Below are positions 1 to 9,117 of a stretch of DNA of 26,183 bases, piece after piece. The number at the start of each line of letters is the position of its first letter. Positions within the stretch are counted from its first letter, which is position 1. The position numbers and the translations under genes are program-made. The notes below the pieces were generated by a model. That model saw only the letters and a list, made by a program, of their open reading frames with translations. It did not search any database and had not been told where the DNA came from. Source of the DNA: Promethearchaeota archaeon (GTDB taxonomy: Archaea; Asgardarchaeota; Lokiarchaeia; Sigyniarchaeales; SOKP01); contig JBHLMQ010000043.1 in NCBI GenBank assembly GCA_048938005.1, positions 1-26,183 of the forward strand, read 5' to 3'.

Positions 1-600
1 GAAACCGCTGTTAATGGAATATATGCAATTGGTGATGTGACCGGAGGGATTATGCTTGCTCATGTGGCAAGTTATGAGGGCGATATAGCTGTTGCAAATG
101 CTTTATCCAGTCTTAGAAAATTTCAAGTAAAACCAAAAAGAATAAATTATAGAGTTATTCCTTCAACAATATTTACTAGTCCTAATATTGGTTCTGTTGG
201 ACTTAAAAGAAAGCAGGCAAAAGAATTAGGAATAGATGTATTAGTTGGACAATTTCCTTATGGTAGTTTAGGAAAGGCAAAATGTATGGGAGAAGAGGGA
301 CTCCTAATGATTTTAGCAGATAAACACACACTTCAGATTGTAGGTGCGTCTTGTATTGGTGAGGGCGCATCAGAATTGATTGCTGAGATAACACTTGCAA
401 TGCAGCATGGGTTATCAATCGAAGACATTACAGATACAGTCCATAGTCATCCAACTCTATCAGAAATGGTTCTAGAAGCAGCAGAAGCAGTTGTAGGAAG
501 AGCTATTCATAAGAAAGGTCGCCCAGTTGGGCCTAGCTTAAAGGATATATTGTTAGAACTAAAACTCTTAGAATTAAAAAAATCTAAGTCTTTATTATAA
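1..600 (+). CDS. lpdA: Dihydrolipoamide dehydrogenase (class I pyridine nucleotide-disulfide oxidoreductase), 3' part; begins upstream of the window
   Basis: Frame is open from base 1 (ETAVNGIYAIGDVTGGIMLAHVASYEG, the FAD-binding motif II). The dimerisation domain contains HSHPTLSE (HPTxxE). The GTG at 37 is internal. Confidence 0.9.
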   Translation, partial: ETAVNGIYAIGDVTGGIMLAHVASYEGDIAVANALSSLRKFQVKPKRINYRVIPSTIFTSPNIGSVGLKRKQAKELGIDVLVGQFPYGSLGKAKCMGEEGLLMILADKHTLQIVGASCIGEGASELIAEITLAMQHGLSIEDITDTVHSHPTLSEMVLEAAEAVVGRAIHKKGRPVGPSLKDILLELKLLELKKSKSLL

Positions 601-795
601 ATAATAAATCTATTTTATTTCTTTTTTTATGATTAATTTTCTACTAAGTATTAATTAATACTATGATTACTTTTGTCTAATTTGTTTTTAAATCTATACT
701 TATTATTATTGTTAAAAAACATTTCTTGAATAGAAAAAATTATTACTTATTTTTTCAATAATATAGATCAATCCTTTATAATAATAGCATTAAAA

Positions 796-2109
796 TTAAT
801 GAGTAGCACACGAAATACAGGGATCAAAAGCTCTGATTATTCTCTGCACCTCTTTTTTCACTAAATTAATATCACCTGTTTTTTCAAATAATTCTTGAGC
901 ATGTTTCGTAATCATCTCATTAATAAGTGGAATATTAAACTCAGTAGCAATAAATAATTTTATTCGATCAATAGAATTACTTTCATTAAGGTGATAATGA
1001 TGAATTAATATCCCTCTAGGTGCTTCAATAATACCTATCCCATCCAGATTTGTTATTGAATTCAGAGGAGAAAATTTTTCTCTTATATTTAAAGAAGGAT
1101 CGTTTAAAATTTGTAATCCATGATAAGCTTCAATATACATTTCTAATAATCTAATAAAATTAGCAAATAATATATTGTTTTTCCATGATTTATTAAAATA
1201 ATCAAGATAGGTATGAACTTCATCAATTCCATAATCCTCGATAATATTATAACGGGAAAGGGGACCAACAATCACATTTTTTTTATTTTCAAAATAAAAA
1301 TCAATTCCACGTAAATCATTTTCTTTACCAAAATAGGCAGAATAGTTATTTTTTTCAAATTCTATCAAATTTTTATTGTTTTCTTTTATTCTTAAATTGC
1401 CTGAATAACGATCATAATTTTCATTGTTAGAAAGGCCAAGAAAAATAAAATGTGGAAAATAATATTCTTTTGGTGGTATTTGATTAGAAAACATTTCAAT
1501 AAATTTTTCTATAATCCATTCTAAATTGTTTAAAGCCTTTTGAAATTTCTTTTTAGCAAGTGAAATATTTTTTCTAAAAGGGGAATATATAACCCCTCCA
1601 GGGATAACTGAAATCAAATGAACAGACCTACCACCAAATAAATTATTTATTTCATTTCCAATTTTAATTAATTCATATAAATTTGATGCTAATTGAGGGT
1701 CATAATTAATTAATTCATAAGGAGTAAACGTTTTTTGACTAAAATCAAAAATTGCTAAGAGATCTGGTAAAGTTTGGAAGAAAAAATTCATAGAATGAGA
1801 TTTAATTAATTCTCCACTCATTAAAAGGTGTCTTAAAAGAATAGTTTGTTCTGAAACTTCGATGTTATATATATTTTCTATTGCTTTACAACTTGCGATC
1901 GCTTGAGAAGCATAACATAACCCACAAATTCGAGACACTATTTTTGGAATATCCAATAATTTTTTTCCGATTAAGAAATTTTCAAATCCTCGATATATTT
2001 CGAATTCAAAATTTACTAATGAAATATCATCATTCTGGAGTAAAATTTTTACATCTCCATGACCTTCAACTCGTTTGCAAACATCAATGACTTTTAACAA
2101 TCTTATCAC
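796..2109 (-). CDS. mvhA: [NiFe]-hydrogenase large subunit, group 3 (MvhA-like), with no C-terminal extension and a Gln in L1
   Basis: Motifs RVEGHG, L1 RICGLCYASQ, EAPRG and L2 RAFDPCISCATH followed directly by TAA. The start is GTG 2109 (overlapping the mvhG stop) or TTG 2100 after a GGTGA SD. Confidence 0.92.
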   Translation of the reverse strand: MIRLLKVIDVCKRVEGHGDVKILLQNDDISLVNFEFEIYRGFENFLIGKKLLDIPKIVSRICGLCYASQAIASCKAIENIYNIEVSEQTILLRHLLMSGELIKSHSMNFFFQTLPDLLAIFDFSQKTFTPYELINYDPQLASNLYELIKIGNEINNLFGGRSVHLISVIPGGVIYSPFRKNISLAKKKFQKALNNLEWIIEKFIEMFSNQIPPKEYYFPHFIFLGLSNNENYDRYSGNLRIKENNKNLIEFEKNNYSAYFGKENDLRGIDFYFENKKNVIVGPLSRYNIIEDYGIDEVHTYLDYFNKSWKNNILFANFIRLLEMYIEAYHGLQILNDPSLNIREKFSPLNSITNLDGIGIIEAPRGILIHHYHLNESNSIDRIKLFIATEFNIPLINEMITKHAQELFEKTGDINLVKKEVQRIIRAFDPCISCATH

Positions 2110-2864
2110 CTTCTAAATTTTGGTTTTGAATAGCGATAAAAAATACCAGTATAATCTTTTAATTCTTGAGATAAATTTATCAAGCTCAAATAATTAATAA
2201 GATTGGATGTAAAGTCTTTTGATACCGGGCCCATACATCCTTCGCATGGAAGCCCCATTTTTATGCATTTATATTCACAGCCATCACGAGTTATAGGACC
2301 TAAACATAAAATACCCTTTTCTAAAAAACATTCAGAATTTTCTTCATCTAGACTAATTTCTTCTGGATTTGGATTAATTTTCGAGATATTTATATGAGAA
2401 TTTATTTTCATATTCCCCTTTAATGAGCAATTAGCACACATGTTTTTCTCTGATAATATTATATCTTTATTCTCAACTAACCTGATTAGACTGTTTCCAA
2501 AAAGTTTAGAAGGAGGAGGACAACCAGGAATAATACCATCAATTTCAATATAATTAGAGATTGGATCTGCTACTTTTGAACTTGAAAGGCTTAAAATTCC
2601 TCCAAAACATGCACAGGTTCCCAAAGCATAAACTTTTTTTGCATGTTTTCGAACATCTTGAAGCACCGTTATTTGCGTTTCCTCAGAAACACAGCCTTCT
2701 ACTAAAGCAATATCTGAATCTTCAATATTTTTAGCATCTAAAATAAATTGAAAAAATATTATCCTTGTTCTCTCAAGGAATTGCGGAAAAATATCTAAAG
2801 AAATAAGAGTTGAGATGCACCCACTACAAGAAGTTAGAGAAATTATTATAACTCTAGGCTTCAA
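2106..2864 (-). CDS. mvhG: [NiFe]-hydrogenase small subunit (MvhG-like), about 252 aa
   Basis: Proximal-cluster motifs CSGC, VEG, GTCA and PGCPP. Distal Cys-rich region CANC...CFLEKGILCLGPITRDGC..KC...PCEGCMGP. Start moved from 2915 to TTG 2864, which follows an AGGAGG SD and gives MKPRVIIISLTSCSGC. Confidence 0.9.
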   Translation of the reverse strand: MKPRVIIISLTSCSGCISTLISLDIFPQFLERTRIIFFQFILDAKNIEDSDIALVEGCVSEETQITVLQDVRKHAKKVYALGTCACFGGILSLSSSKVADPISNYIEIDGIIPGCPPPSKLFGNSLIRLVENKDIILSEKNMCANCSLKGNMKINSHINISKINPNPEEISLDEENSECFLEKGILCLGPITRDGCEYKCIKMGLPCEGCMGPVSKDFTSNLINYLSLINLSQELKDYTGIFYRYSKPKFRR

Positions 2865-5403
2865 ACTTAATCTCCTCCTGTAATTTTTTATAAAATTTAT
2901 TTGAGATTTCAGCAAATCTATTACCCTCTACCGCATTCATATGTTCAATTACTATTCGATCTTTGTATTTCGGCGGTATAATATTTTTTAATAACTTAAT
3001 TTTGTTTTCTACTTTTTCGATTCCATCAATATATCGACAAGCATTTTGTCTACATCCAAATATCATTACTCCATCGAAACCGAGTTCAAATGATTTAATA
3101 ATAAAATTAGTATCAATACGTCCTGTACAAGGAACACGTACAATAAAAGTATTTGGATTATATGAAATTTTCTTAAGACCAGCATCATCAGCAGCGGCAT
3201 AACCACAAGAAGCACAACAAAATGCAATAATTTTTGGTTGCACTCTGAATTTTGAAAAAACTTTAATTGTTGCAAAAATCTTTTCAGAAGTGTCGATATT
3301 TAAATCTATTGCATTGGTAGGACAGACACTAACACAAGTACCACATCCCTTACATTTGAATTTATCTATACTTATTTTATCTGATTCTAATGTAATAGCA
3401 TTATAAGGACAAATTTTAACACAAAATCCACATAAACCACATTTATTTTCATCAATTTTAATTCCACTAAACTCTGCTATCAAATAATCTTTAGAAAGCA
3501 AAGAGATAATCTTTAAAGCACATTTATTAGCTGATGAAATTGTAGAATTATAATCTAATGGACCAAAGATAGTCCCAACTCCATAAATACCAGATGCTAA
3601 TGTATCTTCACTCATAAATCCATTATCATCTAGTGTAAAATCCATATATTTTCGAAAATTTGTTAAATCTTCATTAGGGATATATTTTAGATTTAATACT
3701 ATTAAATCGCTTGGAAATTCAATATTATCAGCAATAACATGATTTATATCTTTATTAGTTTCAATAGTAATTTGATTAGCATATAAAAATCTTGGATTTG
3801 TTGATCTTAACAAAATCTCTTCCTTATCTTTTAATTTACTTAAATCATAAAAAATATTGATTTCGCAATCAGGATTTCTTATCTTAATATCCTCAATATA
3901 TTTTTGCGCCAAAATTTCTGAGTAATTTGAAAGATATTTTGATGGACCAACCTCTTGGATAATAGAAATTGAGTTTATAGGTTTTTTATCTGATAATCTT
4001 ATAAGTTTTCCTTCAGTAATACCATCGTAAGATAATATACGTTCAAATTCTGGCGATGTTATTATATTATTTTGTGGATTATAGTGGTAATCCTCTAAAT
4101 CCCTATAAAAATCAGATCCAATAGCAATTACTTTACTGCCAACCTTGATTTCGAGTTTTTCTTCTTTTTGAGTTAAATCTATTGCTTTATTCACACACGC
4201 GCGTTCACAAATTCTACAATTAAGACAATTTTTTAGATCTTCTTCATCAATTAAAGGAATATATGGATATGAATGAATAAATGGGATATATATTATTTTT
4301 CGATTAGTTAAGCCAAATTCATATTGATTTGGTTTTTCTATACTACAAATTTCTATACAATGTTTACATCCAGTACATTTTTTTAAATCAATATAACGAG
4401 GTTTTTTAACCAAATTTAATGTGAAATTTCCTACTTCACCTGATACATTTTCAATATCAGTATTAGTAAAAATTTTTATATTTTTTTCATTCACTAATTC
4501 ACTTATTAATTCTGAAATAAAACATATTGAACAATCACCCATATTATGGATTCGATGCCATCTGGCTACCTTACCACCTAAAGTTGGTGATTTTTCAATT
4601 AGAAAAACTTTAATACCGGATCTTGCTAAATTTAAAGCAAGAGTTATACCTGCAATTCCGCCCCCTAAAATTGCACAGCTCTTTTCTATTTCAACTCTTT
4701 TAACTTCTATTTTTTTTTGAAGGTTTACACGTTCAATAGCAGCTTCAATTAATAACTTAGCTTTTTCTAATAAAAGTGAAGGATCTATTTGATTTATTTC
4801 AAACTGATGTGCCCAACAACATTGCTCTCTAATATTGGCTACTTCTATATTTGCACTGTCAATAACATTATCAAAAATTCGTTCAAAAAGATGTTGATGT
4901 GTTCTTGGAGAACATGCGGCTATTACAATTTTATTTAAAAAATTATCTTTAATCCATTGAGCAATTTTATTAAAATTCTTTTGTTGACATAAGTTCTCAA
5001 AAACTTTTACGGAAACTACTTTTTTTAACTTATTCACATAATTTTCAATTGCATTAATATTAATTATATTTGAAATTTCTGTATTACAAGTGCAAATTAT
5101 TACTCCAATTCGGCTTATTTCGCTTCCCTTTGAATCCAAATATTCGTCAATATTTTCGCCCGATAAAATTCTTTTATTAATATTAAGTATTTTAAGCACA
5201 CGTTTACCATCTTCAGTAAGAAAATATGATTTCCTATTTTTGCCTATTAATGAACTAATTTTTTTAAGATGAAAATTTAGTTGTCCCGTTGTTTCTAAAC
5301 CAAGTTTTTCCATTAAATCTGTATAGGGAATATAACCCTCCTTTTCTAATAATAATAAAATTTTTCTCCTAAATGGATGAGATAATATTGAATATATATC
5401 CAT
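2854..5403 (-). CDS. Winged helix-turn-helix :: degenerate HdrA :: MvhD fusion protein (849 aa)
   Basis: Residues 1-75 look like an ArsR-like wHTH (ILSHPFRRKILLLL...YTDLMEKLGL..TGQLNFHLKKI...YFLTEDG). HdrA motifs follow: IGVIICTC, AACSPRTH, NIREQCCWAH, GGGIAG, two 2x[4Fe-4S] domains and EFER. The C-terminal MvhD domain reads AFCCASCGYAAAD...RVPCTGRID...GCRQNACRY. Confidence 0.9.
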   Translation of the reverse strand: MDIYSILSHPFRRKILLLLEKEGYIPYTDLMEKLGLETTGQLNFHLKKISSLIGKNRKSYFLTEDGKRVLKILNINKRILSGENIDEYLDSKGSEISRIGVIICTCNTEISNIININAIENYVNKLKKVVSVKVFENLCQQKNFNKIAQWIKDNFLNKIVIAACSPRTHQHLFERIFDNVIDSANIEVANIREQCCWAHQFEINQIDPSLLLEKAKLLIEAAIERVNLQKKIEVKRVEIEKSCAILGGGIAGITLALNLARSGIKVFLIEKSPTLGGKVARWHRIHNMGDCSICFISELISELVNEKNIKIFTNTDIENVSGEVGNFTLNLVKKPRYIDLKKCTGCKHCIEICSIEKPNQYEFGLTNRKIIYIPFIHSYPYIPLIDEEDLKNCLNCRICERACVNKAIDLTQKEEKLEIKVGSKVIAIGSDFYRDLEDYHYNPQNNIITSPEFERILSYDGITEGKLIRLSDKKPINSISIIQEVGPSKYLSNYSEILAQKYIEDIKIRNPDCEINIFYDLSKLKDKEEILLRSTNPRFLYANQITIETNKDINHVIADNIEFPSDLIVLNLKYIPNEDLTNFRKYMDFTLDDNGFMSEDTLASGIYGVGTIFGPLDYNSTISSANKCALKIISLLSKDYLIAEFSGIKIDENKCGLCGFCVKICPYNAITLESDKISIDKFKCKGCGTCVSVCPTNAIDLNIDTSEKIFATIKVFSKFRVQPKIIAFCCASCGYAAADDAGLKKISYNPNTFIVRVPCTGRIDTNFIIKSFELGFDGVMIFGCRQNACRYIDGIEKVENKIKLLKNIIPPKYKDRIVIEHMNAVEGNRFAEISNKFYKKLQEEIKFEA

Positions 5404-5505
5404 TATATAAATCCCTCTTTTTTTTCCCTCAATTTCAATAAAAGTATTTTAATTCTACTCTAATTAAAACAAAAATTATTATTATTCATCTCTTGAATTT
5501 ACTGA

Positions 5506-6633
5506 TTAATATTTCCATGTTATCAATTTTTTTCTCATGTTTTTTTCCATTCTTACTATTTTTGATTGGGAGAATTGCGCAATTTTTTCTTTCATTTCCT
5601 TATGAGTAGAAGCATCCAAATTTAAAATTTTAATTACACCTGCCTTTATTACTTTATTCATTATTTCTTTTCCTTTTTTAGTGCGTATAATTACAGTTGT
5701 AAATTTATCTTGAGAGCCCAAACCTCCAAAAGAAATATCTGAGTAAATATTAGTGAAATCACCGCAAACACTACAAGCTGAGCGCATGTATTTTGTTAGT
5801 TTTTCAAAGGGTATATGGATAGTATTTTGAGAAGTTCCCTGATTCTTAAGGTTGATAATTAAATTTTCTTTAATGTTTAATCTTTCAATGTTTTTGAGTT
5901 TAAATTTAAATTCTTTTTCGAATTTCTCAACCCTTACTTTATCAAAAAAAAAATTCTCGTAGCAGAATAAGCCCAAACAAATTTCTATGTTTTCTGATGG
6001 AATAATCCCTAGATTTTGCATACACCTGATTGTATAGATCTGGCATGGTGTTCCAACTAATGCTAATTTCTTTAATTTATAATATCTTAATTTAGGTAAT
6101 GAGCGAGTATACGTGTGAAATTTTTGTACAGTATCTAACTGTGGAGATACGTCTAACGTAACACCTGAAGCTTTAATTAAATCTTCTTTACTTTTAGCGA
6201 GTATAGCTTCTCTAGAAAAAGGGGCTTTTGTTTTCGCAACAATTGCTCCATCAATCATTTTATTTTCTATTAAATAATTAATTATTGAGTTTACAACACC
6301 ACCATCTGTTCCATATTTCAAAAATTCTTTATCTGTGGCTTGGCAAGAATAAATTCTTTCTACAAATCCTAAAGGCATTGACGAAAAATCTGAAAAATTA
6401 AAAGTTTTATTGAGATCCGCGTCTAAAACGTGGGTCTGTGGACAAATAAGATAACAAATCCCACATTTAAGACACTTTTCTTTATTTATATATTCTGGAG
6501 GCAAATTTGGTTCCTTAAATCCAATTACCTCATTTTCAATTGAATTACAAAAACTTACGCACCCTCCACATTGCTGACAAATACCAGGCTTATGGACTTC
6601 TTCAATTAAATTATTAAAAGTTTTTATATTCAT
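5506..6633 (-). CDS. Coenzyme F420 hydrogenase/dehydrogenase beta-subunit family (FrhB-like) with an N-terminal ferredoxin domain
   Basis: CQQCGGCVSFC and CLKCGICYLICP, DGGVV, LVGTPCQI, GLFCYENF, CSVCGDFT..YSDISFGG. An AAGGGTGA SD lies upstream. Confidence 0.88.
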   Translation of the reverse strand: MNIKTFNNLIEEVHKPGICQQCGGCVSFCNSIENEVIGFKEPNLPPEYINKEKCLKCGICYLICPQTHVLDADLNKTFNFSDFSSMPLGFVERIYSCQATDKEFLKYGTDGGVVNSIINYLIENKMIDGAIVAKTKAPFSREAILAKSKEDLIKASGVTLDVSPQLDTVQKFHTYTRSLPKLRYYKLKKLALVGTPCQIYTIRCMQNLGIIPSENIEICLGLFCYENFFFDKVRVEKFEKEFKFKLKNIERLNIKENLIINLKNQGTSQNTIHIPFEKLTKYMRSACSVCGDFTNIYSDISFGGLGSQDKFTTVIIRTKKGKEIMNKVIKAGVIKILNLDASTHKEMKEKIAQFSQSKIVRMEKNMRKKLITWKY

Positions 6634-6707
6634 TATTAAAAATCACCCTTTTTTATTCATAATCTTAAAAATTATCATGATTATTTTAATAATTTTTATG
6701 ATTACCA

Positions 6708-6725
6708 TGATAAATATTATTGTCA
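6708..6725. promoter_or_regulatory. Candidate operator TGATA-N8-TGTCA, next to a minus-strand TATA-like box (TTTATATA, about 6729-6736) for the frhB-like operon
   Basis: An 18-bp variant of the perfect palindrome at 6875-6892. Confidence 0.5.
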
Positions 6726-6874
6726 AGATATATAAATATGATCTTTTTGAATCATGATATGACCATAGATCATAATAAATCACGATCAATACCTATATTG
6801 TAAATCAGAGAAATGATCATATAAATACTAAGAAAGACTAAAGAAAGATCAAAATTGTGCTTTTAATGAAAAAA

Positions 6875-6956
6875 TGACAAATTAATTTGTCAAAATAAGA
6901 TTAATTTTTCTTATCAGATTTTTTAAATCTCTTTTAACTCATCATATAATCGGAAT
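6875..6956 (+). promoter_or_regulatory. Promoter block of seleno-hdrA: perfect palindrome TGACAAATTAATTTGTCA (6875-6892), AATTTTTCTTATCA box and TTTAAA TATA-like box
   Basis: The palindrome is read directly. The block aligns ungapped with 16003-16084 at 63/82 positions. Confidence 0.7.
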
Positions 6957-7074
6957 ATAACGGAAAAGAAGTAGGCTTAATTACATTTTTGTAAATTTTG
7001 CATTATTTCTCAAAACAAAATTTTGAAATTTTATCATAAAGAATATTTGGTGATGTTTGAAAAAGGTGGATTAA

Positions 7075-9111
7075 ATGTCTGAAAAACAGACCATTGTTAG
7101 AATAGGAGTATATATTTGTAGATGAGGAGTCAATATTGGTGCTAAAATTGATTGTGATATTATTAGAGATTATGTTGAGGCACTCCCTAATATAATTGTT
7201 GCTAGAGTAAATGATTTTACTTGTAGCGATCCAGGACAAAATATTATTAAAAATGATATTTTAGATTTAGACTTAAATCGAGTAGTTGTTGCAGCTTGTA
7301 CACCAAAAATTCATGAATCCACTTACCGAAAAGTGTTAACTGAAGCTGGTTTAAATCCATATTATTTTCAAATGGTTAATCTCCGCGAACATTGCTCTTT
7401 TGTATCCTCAGGTAATAAAAGAAATAACACAGAAAAAGCTATAAGATTAATACAAGCAGGAATAAACAGGGCACGAGAATTAGAAATTATTCCTCATAAA
7501 AAAATTTCAGTGAAAAAAGAAGTATTAATAATAGGAGCAGGAATTGCTGGGATGAATGCTGCATTAGATTTAGCAAATCAAGGGATAAAAGTCTATTTAG
7601 TCGAAATAGAAGCTACAATTGGTGGAAAAATGGCACAATTAGATCGAATTTATCCAACTGATGATTGTGCTATATGAGTTCTCGCTCCTATTATGGTCAG
7701 TACTTCAAAACATCCAAATATAACATTATTTACTTATAGTGAAGTCGTTGAATTCAGTGGCATCCCTGGGAATTATGATATTAAAATACGGAAAAAGCCC
7801 CGTTATATTGATGAAAAAAAATGTACTGGTTGTGGATTATGTACAACAAAATGTCCAATAAAAGTACCAAACGAATTTAACAGAGGTATTGGTGAGCGAA
7901 ATGCGATTTACATACCTTTCCCACAAGCAGTCCCAAAAGTTGCTCTAATTGATAAGAGTATATGTATAGGATGTAAAAATTGTCAAACAATTTGCCCCGC
8001 AGAAGCCATTGACTTAGACCAATCTTCAGAATATTTTGATTTCAAAGTTGGTGCAATAATTATAGCCACAGGATGGGATGAATATCCAATTATGAAAAAT
8101 AACGAATATAAATATGGTATTTATCCCGATGTAATTACTCAAATAGAGTTAGAACGTATGTTAAGTCCAGTTGGACCAACAGGAGGCCATGTATATAAAA
8201 TTTCTGACGGAAAAATCCCAAAAACAGTGGCTATGATTCAATGTGTGGGTTCAAGATCCTTAAAAGGGAATCCCTATTGCTCAGGAGTATGTTGTAATGT
8301 TGCTCTTAAAAATGCTCAATTATTAAAACAAGAATATCCTGATATAGATATTGCCATTTTTTATATAGATATGCGAACATGGGATAAAGGAAATGAAGAA
8401 TATTATAGAAAAGCGAGAGAAGCGGGGATAATGATGATTCGGGGAAAAGTAGGAGACATACGAGAAGAGCCAAATACAAAAAAACTAAAAATACGAGCTT
8501 CATCAACCTTAACAAATGATATTATTACAATGAATACAGATTTAGTTGTATTATCAACGGGTATGGTTCCTTCTAAAAATACTGCACAAATAGTTGAGAC
8601 TTTAAGTTTAGGCAAAGACATAAATGGGTTTTTAACTGAAGTTCATGGATGTTTAAAACCTCAAGAGACAAATAATATGGGCATTTATATATGTGGCTGT
8701 GCTGCTGGCCCTAAAAATATCCCTTATTCAGTATCTACAGCCCTAGCCGCAGCAAGTAAGGCATCTACATTACTTTCTAAAGAGACAATAAGTAAAGAAT
8801 TAATTATTGCTGAAATAAATGAATCTAAGTGTATGGGATGTCATAGATGCGAAAAACTCTGTAATTATAATGCTATAAAGATTAATGAAGAAAATATTGC
8901 TGAAGTAGATGATCTAAATTGTAAAGGTTGCGGGGTTTGTGTATCCTCATGTCCCGCTCATGCAATCGATCTCAAATATTATAGAGACAAACAAATTATT
9001 AAAGAAATAAAGGGGATCTTTAGTACTGACCTTGAATATAAGGAAGAATTTATTGAATCTATTGAACTAATTTGGAAAAAGATTGAAGCACTAGCTCCTC
9101 ATAATATATAA
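7075..9111 (+). CDS. hdrA: Heterodisulfide reductase subunit A, selenoprotein with two Sec (U17, U201), 678 aa
   Basis: ATG 7075 follows AAGGTGG. A single frame is interrupted only by TGA 7123-7125 (GVYICRUGVNIG) and TGA 7675-7677 (YPTDDCAIUVLAP). The paralogue at 10821..13934 has Cys at both sites (VCRCGTNIG, FPTLDCSLCILAP). This call merges track ORFs 7333..7677 and 7693..9111. Confidence 0.93.
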
Positions 9112-9117
9112 TGTAAA

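Noticed and set aside
2865-2915. N-terminal extension of MvhG containing RRR (possible Tat signal)
   Set aside because: It lies inside the upstream gene. The RRR is the AGGAGG SD read as codons, no hydrophobic signal follows, and TTG 2864 is the better start.
7003-7239. 78-aa minus-strand ORF
   Set aside because: It is the antisense shadow of the N-terminus of seleno-HdrA.
7333-7677. hdrA as a split gene or pseudogene (ORFs 7333..7677 and 7693..9111)
   Set aside because: The fragments share one frame and are broken only by TGA at Cys-equivalent positions, with a SECIS-like hairpin downstream. Sec read-through explains this better.
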